A DNA stretch of 64,000 nucleotides from Chiloscyllium plagiosum (Eukaryota): contig NC_057719.1 of assembly GCF_004010195.1 (NCBI RefSeq), positions 63,574,602 to 63,638,601 on the forward strand, given 5' to 3'. How positions within the stretch are numbered: position 1 is the stretch's first letter; each line of letters begins with the position of its first letter. The notes under the pieces were generated by a model. That model searched no databases and had not been told where the DNA came from. It saw only the letters and a list, made by a program, of their open reading frames with translations. The position numbers and the translations under genes are program-made. Positions 51,791-64,000 of the stretch are shown piece after piece.

Positions 51791-52583
51791 TATGCTGTGA
51801 CCATGTAATTTGTTATATACAGTTGATTATCTTGATCAGGAATTATTTATAAATGGGTAAAGAAGAAAAATGCTTCTATAGTAATGCAAGAAATGATTTG
51901 AAAATCCAATCCTTATTAGTCACTTGGGAAAACATTTCCACCAGAATAATTTCATCGTCTCAGAATTATTATCCGTTGTTTAGTTTCATGCTGTTTCATT
52001 GTAACTTTGTGACAGTGAGGCCCCTTTCAATTCAAATTGTGTTGGTTTTTACTTCAAAATATATATTTCATCTTCTTTAAGCATTGTACTGGCCTTTTTA
52101 TGCCACAACTTTCAACAATGTTTTGCTTTTTGCTATTTTCTTGCTAACCTATTATGACACCTCACTTTTCCCTCCCGTGAAATGTTTTATCATTGACAAA
52201 CATCCCATTCCTCTTTTCAGCTAAGTATAGCCTGGTAAACTTCTCTGTTCTTGTCAACATCACAGTTGACCTCTGTGTTTAATCTCATCTCATCCATTGT
52301 AACTTCAACATGTTAACACTGCAATGTATTGGCACAATTTCTTCTGGTCTTGGGAAATATTCAAACAGGCAGGTTTCTCCAAAATAATGTGAAGGAAAGC
52401 ATCTATGTCTTGACAATAATTTGAAATAAAATTTGTACTCATTGTGGTTCAGCACCCTGGAAACAAATTGCTATATTTGAATGTTTGACAGACTCAGTAC
52501 ACCACTTGAGTAGCTAATTCCTGCAGACTTTGTAAATGATGCAAAAGCAAATGGACTAAAATTTCCATTTCTTTCTTTTATAG

Positions 52584-52641
52584 GTTGGGAGGAACAGTAT
52601 CTGCATACAAGATAGTACCCGATGAGGTTGATGAAATCAAG
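52584..52641 (+). CDS. GPHN: Gephyrin coding exon (equivalent to exon 3)
   Basis: ttctttctttta-tag acceptor and gtaatt donor. 58 bp, phase-compatible with the previous exon (CT|G), translating LGGTVSAYKIVPDEVDEIK. Confidence 0.97.
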
Positions 52642-54619
52642 GTAATTGCCTACTTTTACTCGTTTCTGAAAATCTTCAACTTGTCTTCTATTTTTATGAC
52701 TCCATCTCAGTGATCTTCAAGAGTATAAAACTTATCATGTCCACAATGTTAGTTCCTTTAGTTCAAATTGAACAGTACTTCAGAATATTAACCCATTTTA
52801 ATAACTATACAAAATTGGCCCCTGTTCCTCTTTGTTATTGAAGATGTTGACAATTGGCTACATTTGATTTGTTCAAGATGTTGAAAAAGTGTACAGATTT
52901 AGATCCATGAAACTGATAACTTTTTTTAGCTATTCATTGGGGTATACTCAGTTTCATAACATGACAATCATTTTTCTGCACTTCAGTTTTTGTCAGCAAT
53001 TGTTGATTTATTGTGCAGGTTAACATCTGACTTTAAGGTAACTGGCCTATGCTTTGTCCTGTTCGTGTTTTTTTCATGATTCTCTAACATTTCAGATGTG
53101 TTTTGTCTCTGGCTCCCTCAGGGCATAGCTCCAATTCTTTAGAGAAGTCATGGAGATTTTATTTGCCAGAATACAGCATTTGTTTACACTAACTTTAGAT
53201 TAGTAATTGTTATGATCCTTGATATTGTAACCTGTCAAGGGACCAATAACGTTTTTTTTAAAGTAGGGAGAGTGCTGGATCAGGGGACCTACTAAGGGAA
53301 TAAAACCACAAAATCTATGTTTTGATACAAACAGCAATAAACTTCTCTACACAACATTCTAACAGAAATACAATCTACAATAAATGTGCAACCTATATTC
53401 AAGCACCCAGAATTGACTTGTGGTAATATTGCCAATAGACTGTTATTGCACACCCTTATGCATATCAAGTAACAAATATGATCAGTCAGATCCTGTAGAT
53501 TTTTTGGTGTGATTCCTTCAAGATGTTAGTGATTTAGGAGGTCGTCGCATCTCAGTAAACTTCACAAGGGATTAGAATTCTTCACTTTTGCAGATCCAGC
53601 CTTTAAAGTCCCTTTCAAGCTATTCCATCATGGATCACCTAAATGACTGCTGCCATGTTGGTTGATCACTCTTCATTTATTGTCCATGCGCCTCGGACTC
53701 CAGAAACTGCACTCCAGTACTTACTCATAAGCACAACTCCAGCTTTTGCTTTAACCATTATCTAGTTTCTCCAAGGTAGAACTACCCCTGGATTTTTTTC
53801 TTCAGCTCTAATCTTGCCCAATTGCATCAAGCACATACTGCAAGTGGGCTTTTCAAACCCTAATCTTAGCTGCACTGAACTAATAATGACACATGGCTTT
53901 TTCTAGTCCCTCACAGCTTCTAGTACCCTTATGAAACCTTCTCTCCAACCTCCAGATGCCTACTAATTCTTGGAGAGTTTACATGAGTTCTAACAGCACA
54001 GAGGTATCTAATCTCTCTTGAATTCTCACTAAACCAGAACTTGTGTGTTTCAGTTACCTTCCCAGCAGTAACATCATCATTGACTTCCGGTGTCACTGCC
54101 TGTCCTGTCACCTTTCAACTTCTCCTCAGTGTCATTTGAACTATCCTGAGTGACCTATTAAAAACCTTTCAACTAGCCCTGCCCCTATTCCTTGGCAGCA
54201 TTTAATGTAAGTGATATTTTAGACCATCCAAATGTAGAAATCCCTTGGATGTGAGTGTGTCCTCAATCTTTTATTCTTGCAGATTGTTGGGTTGCAGCAC
54301 AAAGAATGCCTACAAAAAGAAAGGTTAATCATGAACTGAATTTTGAATTGTCTGAAATCTAAGCCCAAGTTAAACCAGATCATTCTCTCCTCATCCTGTG
54401 TAAAATAAGGATTAATTGAAGAATAATATTAACTACTTTTAAAAAGTTAACAAGAGCAATTGTAGGTTGTTTGGTTAATTATTATGGTTTCTGCAGATCA
54501 GAAATTAAACATGTTACACAGTTTTTGTAAGATGCCATGAAACTAGTTGACTGAACATTTGAATTGCCCAAGATTAGCTGCAACATTGAAGATCGTAGAC
54601 CACCTTGAGTGTTACAGCA

Positions 54620-55065
54620 CAGAAATAAGCTTTCTTGCCCTCCTGCTATCACTTTGAAGAGCAATTCACCCATGTCCCACTCCCAGGCAATTGTTTCCTT
54701 TTTCAAGTATTTTCCTTGTTTTGGAAGTCACTACTAAATCTGATTTCAATACTCTTTGAGGGAGTGGAATCCAGATCATAATGATTTGCTGTGTAAAAGT
54801 TTTCCTCGTGTTGTTTCTAATTCTCTTGTCAATTATTTTAAGTCTGTCTTGGACTACTGATCCAACTCCAGTAAAATGATCACCTCTCTCTTTACATTTT
54901 TAAAACTCTCCCTTCATAATTTTGATCACCTATTTTAAATTTTCTGTCAACCTATTCTGCTCCAAGGTGAACAACCCAGCTTCGCTAGTGTCAAAATGAT
55001 TCAAGTTCCTTATTGCCTGTACCATTCTCACAAATCTCCTCTCCGCCATGTCCAAAACCTTGATT
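54620..55065 (-). mobile_element. Old CR1 3' fragment
   Basis: Similar to 61050-61500. Confidence 0.55.
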
Positions 55066-55479
55066 TCCTTCCTAAAATGCACTTTAATCAGACACACTGT
55101 TCCACATGCAGAATGTTATTTTTTCTTTGTTTGGATCAGTGTTAAATTATATAGTGTTCATGTATATGGGAGGGGGCATTATTTCGTCAAATTTTTTGAT
55201 GTTCAGTTTTCAGAACAAGCAATTGGAAGCCAGCACATATTTATCATGGTTCACAGTTTTTGATTGATAATCAAAAAATCTACATAAGTAATTATACATT
55301 TTGCATCTGTGTTTGTGTGGGAAGTAATGATGAACTTGTGGGCAGTACTGGATCTGAAGTTATGTCTGAGAATATTGATCAAATTAACTTCAGTTGCTTA
55401 GCAACTTCAAAAAAAAGTTATTGGTGTAAATTGACTATAAGACTTTAGAAATTCTCATTTCTTGGAAGCACCGAATAGG

Positions 55480-56970
55480 ATTATTTGCATGCCAAAGAGC
55501 ATAAGCAGCAAGTGATAGACAGAGCTAATGACCCCACAACCAAAGGATAAAGTCTAAGCTCTGCAATCCTGAATGGTGGTGAACAATTAAACAACTCACT
55601 GGAGGATGACAGGCTCCACAAATATCCCCATGATGGAAGAAGCTAACACAGTGGTGAAACAGTCGCAGCAATTTTCAGACAGAAGTTCAAAGTAGATGAT
55701 TCATCTCTGCCTCCTCCAGCAGATCCCAGCATGATAGATACCAGTCTTCAGCCAAATCAATTCACTTTGTGATATCAAGAAAAAGTTAGAGGCATGGGAT
55801 ACTGCAAAGGCTATTCCTGACAATATTCCTGCAATAGTACTGAAGACATGTGCTTCAGAACTGGCTGCTGCCCTCGTCCAGTACAGTTTCAACACTGACT
55901 TCTACCCAATCATGTGGAAATTTGCCACTGGTATGCACTGTACATAAAAAGCAGGACCAATCCAACCCAGCCAATTACCATCTCTTCCGTTTCCTCTGGA
56001 TCATCAGTAAAGTGATCATCAACAGTGCTATCAAGTAGCACCTGCTTAGCAATAACTTACTCAATGACTCCCAATTTGAGTTCTGTCCGGGCCACTCAAC
56101 TTCTGACCTGATTATAGCCATGATTCAAATACAAACAAAAGAGCTGAATTCCATTGAGGTGTGGTGAGAGTGATGGCCGTTGACATCAAGGCCACATTTG
56201 ACTCTGTGTGGCATTCAGGAGCCCCAGAAAAACTGAAATCAGTGGTTATCAGGACAAATTCTCCACTGGTTGGTGTCATATCTGGCACAGGAAGGTGATT
56301 ATTGCTGTTGGAAGTCAGTCATCTCAGCTCCAAGATATATCGTCAGGAGTTCCTCAGGGTAGTGTCCTAGGCCCAACCATCTTCAGCTGTTTCATTAATG
56401 ACATTCCCACCATCATAAGGTCAGAAGTCAGAGTGTTCACTGATGACTGCAAAAGTTCAGCACCTTCTGTGACTCCTCAGAAAGTGAAGCAATCCATGTT
56501 CAAATGCAACAAGATCTGGGCTGTGACCAGTGGCATTAAAATTAACACCACGCAAGTTGCCAGGCAAAGACCATTTTCAGTCAGTGTTAACCTAATTACA
56601 TCCCCCTCCTTTGATATAGAAACAGTGTGTACTATCTATAAGATTCAATGCAGAAATTCACTAAAGCTCCTTCAATAGTATCTTCTGAACCCATTACTTC
56701 TATCTAGAAAGACGAGCAGCATGGGAACACCATCACCCGCAAGTTCCTCACCAAGCCACACACCATCCTTACTTGGAAATATATCACTGTTTCTTCATTG
56801 TCACTGGGTCAGTATTCTGGAATTCTGTCCCTAAGGGCATTGTGGGTCAGTGTACAGCACATGTATTGCAATGGTTCAAAAACATAGCTCACCATCACCT
56901 TCTCAAAGGAAACTAGGAATGGGCAATACATGCTGGCCCGCCAGCAACATCCATGTTGCACAAGTAAATT
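55480..56970 (+). mobile_element. CR1/L2-group LINE RT remnant (family B)
   Basis: HKKQDQSNPANY, GVPQGSVLGPTIFSCFIND and FTDDC motifs. Confidence 0.85.
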
Positions 56971-58901
56971 TAAGATATAACATTAGGAAGGACAGCAAAG
57001 CCATTTTAATTCATTTTCCATTGTTGGTCCAAAAATGATGCAGCTGGCATAAAAGAAACCCTTCCTTGTTATGTAATTGAAATGTTTGCCCAGATTTGTC
57101 ATTCTGTTGATTTCACTCAAATTCCATTACTCAGTGTATTCTTCCCTGATTGGGTCATGTTTCTTGCACCTCCAAAGTACACAGAACTGACCAACTAAGA
57201 GAAAGACATTATCTTTCCTAATTAATTTGCTTCTGATCTACTGCAGCAATGAGAAAACCGTACTTGATTAGAATTTGAATGGTCATTTGAAACTTGACAA
57301 TAACTGGCTATCTTACATTACTTAAAGGAAATCGTTGCTGGGTCCTTGCCTTAGGTTTTGGTTATTTTACAACCTCACAACTGCTTCATTCAGTACTATT
57401 AATATTTGCTGAGAAAGGAAAGTTTTATTTTGTACTAAAAAGATACTTGTCTACTGAGATGGAAACTTAGGAACAGGAATAGCCCATTTACCCATTGAAG
57501 AGTGTGTGAGGGCAGAACTGTATGGATCTGACTTCAAACATGAGAGCTGAGAATAAACCATTGTCTTGAAGAGGAGATGGAGATTTAACATGGTTATCCA
57601 AAAATCTTGACAAGCAGTGTATTCTGCAAGACCATTACATTGAAAATGGGAAGGAGTATTGTAAACTCCATTTCTTGTAGATGTCTTGGATGGGTGTACT
57701 AGTTTGTTGGGGAACACCAACCACACCAAACAAGGTGATTAATATCTCAACAACTGTTGCACTTCTAGTGTTTTTAATTCATCTCACAAAAGGGAATTTA
57801 GTAAAATAGTCACTAGAATGTAGCTGTATCCTACTACAATCTTGCACCACTGCTCAGAAGGAATTTTATGTGAAATGAGAGGATCCTTTAATTCTTGAGG
57901 TTGATGGAATTGACACATTTCAAATGGCTTGACCAGTTGATTGATGTCAGGTGAAAAGACAGATTCACATGTTAATCTCTTGTGTTTTTTCTACAACTAT
58001 GTGACCTATGTTTATATGACTATATTTATCAGTTCTCCAAACTGTCTATAAAAGAGTCACCAAATCACTCTTTTAATCTTCTAAATCCCAGGGAGTACAA
58101 TCCTAGTTTGTGAACTCTCTGTCATCACATTTAACTTTTGGACATAAAAATTGGATCTTTCAACATCAGAGTCCAGAGAGAAGCTGAAAGAAGATGTAAT
58201 AAGAAAACAAGTTAAAGAATTGGCAAGAATCAAAATGGATCAGTACAGTGTCACATAACAGTTTGGCAGTGGTACCTGATAGAATTCTGCAGCTATATTA
58301 CATAACTTAGGGAGTCTTTCTGAAGTACTGATTTGTTGCAGTTTATTTTTCACACTGGATTCCCTGAAATATTTGTTGATATATAGCAGTCATACTGACT
58401 CTTTGATATTTGATTTCTTGCCACTGTCTTATTTTAGTTGCAGGAACATATTATTTATTGCTGTAAAAAAAGATATGCTATTGCAGTTTTTTGTCTGAAA
58501 CTCACCCGGATGAGATTGTAAGAATATCATAAGGAACAACAATTTATATTACATGAGAAGTGGGCACTCGTTGGTTGGCAAGCAAATTCTGATTTGTCAA
58601 GGCATTGCTGTGGAATGCACCAGGGAACAGTTAAATTCAAACCGTGCGGGTTGACTCTGATTGGTCAAGTCATTGCCATGGGAAGCAAAGCGGAGAAAGG
58701 CTGTCTCCCAAAAGCTTTAGTTTAAACAAAAAGTGCCATGTCTGGACACATTCTTTCCGTTTGCAAAGGGTAGGCCTTAAAGCATGCATAAGGGAACCAT
58801 ACAGTAGGCCTGACCGACAATCTTAAATTGATTGTTAGTGTAATTCATAATCAGAATTATTTAGCACGTATCGTCCAATCACACATCTCACCTAAGATGC
58901 A

Positions 58902-59120
58902 CAGTCAGTTCTGCTATAATGCAGTACTTCCATTCTCGTGCAATCCAGTGTTATAAGAAAGTCGCGAAATAGAAGCACCACTTAAACTAATGGGGCCGGA
59001 ATCATGTTAATACCAATCCACGCTTTAAAGCTTTGTGCTTTAGAAACAGTGTCCCCAATTAATTGATCATATTATAGCGAATTCTTGTTAATGAAATGTG
59101 TGTTAAAGCAGAATGGCCTG
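58902..59120. mobile_element. Degenerate Tigger-like MITE
   Basis: Imperfect terminal inverted repeats cagtcagttctgctataa...ttaaagcagaatggcctg. Confidence 0.45.
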
Positions 59121-61034
59121 AACACTGCATTCTCTGAGTTTTAAAAGCGCAGGCTGCTTGCAAATGGTCAGTGCTCTATCTGTTGTGAACAATCGAAGAG
59201 GCATGCTGTATGGTGTAATTCACCAATTGTTAGGGTTTCCTATATAGGTGGCATCATGCTGTCACTGAAATTCATATATAAATATAATGGTATAATAATA
59301 CTGAACTTGAAAGAATAAAGTAAGGTAACTTTGACCACTGGATACAGGCATCCAGAGTGAATATCATGTATGAAGCTCTCCAAGAGATAATTCTCTTATA
59401 GTTTGAAACTAACTACAGAATGTCCCTGTGTCATCCCGCTTCCCCCCCACACCCCAGTTGAAGCAAAACGCTCAGAGACACACTGTAGTTTTACCTCCTT
59501 CATCTATTTTCTGGGCTCTGGAGGGAAAGAGAATGATAACCCATGTGTACAGCGACATGAGTTCACAGTCTTCTCATGAGCAGTTTCTCAATGAACTATA
59601 TAGTCATTTTACAGGGAGGAGCATCCAGATAAGGCAATGTACATATTAATTGGGTGACCGTAACAATCAGCGAGCATTAATAGTAAAGATTAAGCCATCT
59701 GCTGTTACACAATGAGTAACTGGCTTCACATAATGACTGCTTTTCACCTTGTTAACTGACCTTGCATATTGAATGCTACCTCATCTTGTTAAATGGCTCT
59801 ACATAATGAATGCTTTTCCACCTTGTTAACCATTACCCTTGCCTCCAGCACCCCATTGTTGACTGTAAGTTCTTATCTGATCTGAGTCATGCTCAGCTGA
59901 ACATCTTGTTTCACAAAATTCAGAACTTAACTCTTTCCCTGCCTGCTTTTATCCTATACACCTGCAATAAATCAACTTATTTTATTCTGTTGCAGAAGGA
60001 ACCTGACATGAATTGCTTTTATCAAGAATACCAGTCACAGTCTGGCAAATTAGCCAGTCTTGATGGTCTCATGAGCATTTTCTGCATTTATATATTTTGT
60101 GATGTGGGGCATGTTTATTGCACTCTTTTCCTAGTTAAGCTGTGACAAATGTGGCTATTGATACTGCAAATTAAGGTGACCGTTTAGCATGGATGGGCAA
60201 CATTAAAACAGGAAGGTACCTAAAGAATGGGTAAAACAGATAATTAAGTAAGATAACATTCTTTTAAACTAGAGTCAGGTGCATTGAAAATAAAAATAAC
60301 CTAACTGAAAGGATAGCAGATGTTCCACAGGGTTCTGAGCTGAAATTTCTTCCATTCAGTATGTGTATTAGTGCAAAAAAAGTCAAGAAAGATTACAATC
60401 CAAATTTTCAGAGAATGTTAAGTAAGGAATTAGAAATAGAGACAATGCAGAATTGTGCTCTATTTTCCACTGAAATTTGCACAATATCAGATTTTCATAA
60501 AGTCTGTTTTCTGCTAGAATGCCATACACTTTGATAGCTCCATGTTTCTGTCACTCCTGTTTATGTTTCTGCTTTTTAAGGAGACCATAACTCCCTCATC
60601 CATGCTGAAGTCCACAGAATGCAAGTTTCTTGCAGCTATGCAAACAACACTCTGGTGTTGATTTATACCCAAAGATTGAGACTGAGAAAGCTGCCTGATA
60701 GCAGTTGTTTCAGAACTGAAAGAGGTCCTTAGCTCTGTAGTTTTATTTCTGTAACTTTTCAACAATTTTTCTTATTATGTTTGTCAGTGAGGCTTAGGTT
60801 AAATTTAACCAAAGAGTGTCAATCTCTGAACCAAGATTTTTCATATAGCCTAACACTCCTCCTTTGCCACCCTTTCCTTGCATCCACAAAAGGAGAAATT
60901 GTTGTAGTTCTGTGAGCTCATTCCTGTTTCCTGGTGCTTATTTTCCTTTGTGTAAAAGGAAGTGATGTGAATCACTGAATTTGTTTTGTACACAGATATA
61001 AAATCTGCCTCTTAGCTTCTACTGCAAGTGCTCT

Positions 61035-61690
61035 GCAGAATCATTGAATGTTCACACGTAGAAAGAGGCCATTGGCTCATCATTAGATCTTTGAAAGAGC
61101 TATCCAATTAATTCCACTACCCTGCTGTACCCTCATAACCCTGTAATTTTCTCCCCTTAAAATGTTTTTCAAATTCCCTTTTGAAAGTTATTATTGAATT
61201 TGCTTCCTCATTAAAACTTGCCTGTTTAAAGTGTCTTGCCAACCATAATAACTTGCTCCACAAAATAAGTACCTTAAATTTGTGTTTTCTGTCATTGGAA
61301 ACAATTTTTCCTTCCTTGTTTTATCAAAACATTTAATAATTTTGATGACTCCATTAACCTTCTTTGCTCAAAGGAATACATTCCCAACTTCATAGGCCTA
61401 TGCCTATTCCTGAAGCCCTGCATCATAGGTACCATTCTAGTAAACCTTCTCTTCATCCTTTCCAAAGCAGTGATGTACTTTCTCAAGTATGAAGTCCAAA
61501 TGTGACACAATATTCGAATTGAAACCAAATATAACTTCCAAAAGATTTGATGCAAGCTTTTGCTGTATGCCTCCATCTATGAAGCCAAAGATCCTCTGCA
61601 CTTATTTTTTAAACAACTTTTATCAATTTAACCTGTCTCCTTCAAAGAACTCTGAATGCAAACCCTCCAGGCATTTTGGTTCTTGCACTT
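61035..61690 (-). mobile_element. Old CR1 3' region
   Basis: WTSYLRKYITALERMKRRFTRMVP...SFEQRRL. Confidence 0.8.
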
Positions 61691-62084
61691 TGTCTCCCAA
61701 GTGGATAAGAGCATAAAAAGCTGATAGAATGCTAAAATTTATTGCAAGACATATAAAATATGTAAGTCAACAGGTAAGAAAGAATTTATAGAAAGCTATT
61801 CTTGAAATCTATGTGTCTCACACCTTTTTCTCTCCCTTGCTAAAGGGTTCCATAGTATGCTAAAGACCACCCTCTTGAGTTGCTATCATTTTAGACTGGG
61901 TTTTCTGCATATGTTCATATTGTTTCGTTATACTGACCCTATGTATTGTTATTCCCTTCACACTGTCTATACTACAAAGTGTCCAGCACAGTCTATTGGT
62001 TACCACATTCATGGATCACACTTCCCTGATCCTGTGTAATTCTTATTGTCATTTGTGGCTGAAGCTCAGTTCTATGACACTTGA

Positions 62085-62884
62085 GTCTAGATTAGAGTGG
62101 TGCTGGAAAAGCACAGCAGGTCAGGCAGCGTCCGAGGTGCATGAAAATCGACGTTTCGGGCAAAAGCTCTTCATCAGGAATAGAGGCAGGGACAGGTCAT
62201 GGGGGCGGTACTGAGCTAGAAGGTTGGAGCTGGGTTGAGGTGGGGAAGGGGAAATGAGGAAACTGGTGAAATCCACATTTATGCCATAGGGTTGAAGTGT
62301 TCTGAGGTGGAAGATGAGGCGTTCTTCCTCCAGGCGTCGGGTGGTGATGGAGCGGCGGTGGAGTAGGCCTTGGACCTGCATGTACTCGGCAGAATGGGAG
62401 GGGGAGTTGAAATGTTGGGCCACAGGGCAGTGGAGTTGATTGGTGTGGGTGTCTCAGAGATGTTCCCTAAAGCATTCTGCTAGGAGGCATCCAGTCTCCC
62501 CAATGTAGAGGAGACCGCATCAGGAGCAATAGATACAATAAATGATATTGGTGGATATGCAGGTAAAACTTTGATGGATGTGGAAGACTCCTTCGGGGCC
62601 TTGGATGGAGGTGAGGGAGGAGGTGTGGGCGCAGGTTTTGCAATTCCTGCGGTGGCAGGGGAGGGTTCCAGGAAGGGGAAATGGGTTGTTGGGGGGCGTG
62701 GACCTGACCAGGTAGTCACAGAGGGAACAGTCTTTGTGGAAAGCAGAAATGGGTGGGGAGGGAAGGGCTTTTGCCCAAAACATCAATTTTCCTGCTCCTT
62801 GGATGCTGCCTGACCTGCTGTGCTTTTCCAGCACCACTCTAATCTAGACTGTGGTCCACAGCATCTGCAGTCCTTGTTTTTACC
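62085..62884 (-). mobile_element. Penelope-like element with inverted pseudo-LTRs
   Basis: GIY-YIG remnant like that at 23860-24420, arms 62085-62172 and 62762-62849, 35-bp tail, flanking tctatgacacttga at 62071-62084 and 62885-62898, hammerhead motif at 62150-62177 (-). Confidence 0.93.
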
Positions 62885-64000
62885 TCTATGACACTTGATG
62901 AAACTGTACCACTCCTTAGCAGCCCACAGATTGCTCACACGTGAAGTTTTGTTGGTTGTTTATTTCAGTGGAACTGAATAAAGGGTAACGGACATTTTGG
63001 CCTATCACAGCCAGTGAAAGAGTGTGAGTTCATTGCTACAAATGTGTTTTAACAGTGGAATCAGATATCTTTGGTACTTATTCTTAAGTATTGAACCTTA
63101 CCAGCTAAGAAGGTGAGTTTCTCAGGTTGGCTGTGAGGGTTAGTGAATTGCATTATCCCGAGATTTAAACTGATTTTTATACTTTTACTAATTGAAAAGA
63201 TTTCAGTTACAGGACAATTATATTGACATTTTCTGAACAATGGAATGTACTTGCTGATTCTCATTGCATTTGATAATAGATGAACCTCTCAAATACTTTT
63301 TACTTTAACATATTTGTCTTTTAATATGCCTATTCTTTTGTGTTCTTTACTTTGGATTTCCAAAAGTAAGCTGTAATTTATCTCACAGAAATTTTTGGAT
63401 TCTACAATCCCAAATGATTCCAAGATTTTCAGAGTGCCAAGCCCTCCATTTCATAAATCAAGAGAGACACTCATAAAACGAATAGTTTTGGTATTAAAGT
63501 AATTTGGTAATTGCTTTCTTTTTCAAATGGAAGCCAAAATAGTTTGACAGCTTGTGTATAAGTATCATTAGTGGCTTATTTGATCTTTAAAAGAACATAA
63601 CTTTTACAAAACCTATATTAATTCATCAGAGAATAAAGAAGTCCAAGATGTCCTTTAAAAATCCTATATCCTCTGCATATCCTTCGAAGGATCCACTGTC
63701 CATCACAGACATTATTGGCCTAAACAGCAACTTCACTGTGAGAGGATAATTCACATGCCTCAACGTAATGTTTTAATACATTAACGTACTTCCATACAGT
63801 GGAGTAACAATTATTGCTTCTATATTAAAGTTATTTAAAAATATGGCAGTGCAGTTTAGCGAAACAGATAAGGTTAATACTTAACGAACACTTGAGGAAG
63901 CTTGAAAGTTGCTGAAAAGAGAGACATGTTGATGAAGCTTTATTCCATTGCAAGAGAAAAGAGTGTTGACAGGTTTCCAACCTTTTCTCCTGTGGTTGAA

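Noticed and set aside
52642..64000. Next GPHN exon
   Set aside because: No ETLIDW-like coding segment was seen, so it is probably downstream of the window.

Overview
Vertebrate genomic DNA, very likely an elasmobranch (shark or ray), judged from HE1-type V-SINEs and CR1 LINEs. The window lies inside the gephyrin gene (GPHN, + strand). It contains two short coding exons, 380-458 and 52584-52641, which splice in frame to [46 protein letters not shown] and flank a ~52 kb intron. Nearly all other recognisable sequence is transposon-derived: CR1, L2 and Rex1 LINE fragments, HE1 and Deu-type SINEs, Tc1/mariner-type MITEs and many Penelope-like elements (PLEs). The most striking pattern is a set of PLE insertions from several families with a shared geometry: a 12-14 bp flanking duplication, inverted arms carrying minimal hammerhead ribozyme motifs, and a 35-42 bp unpaired tail. 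They range from GIY-YIG-coding copies down to ORF-less hairpins of ~220-280 bp. Repeat family names come from motif recognition, not database searches, and boundaries of old repeats are approximate.
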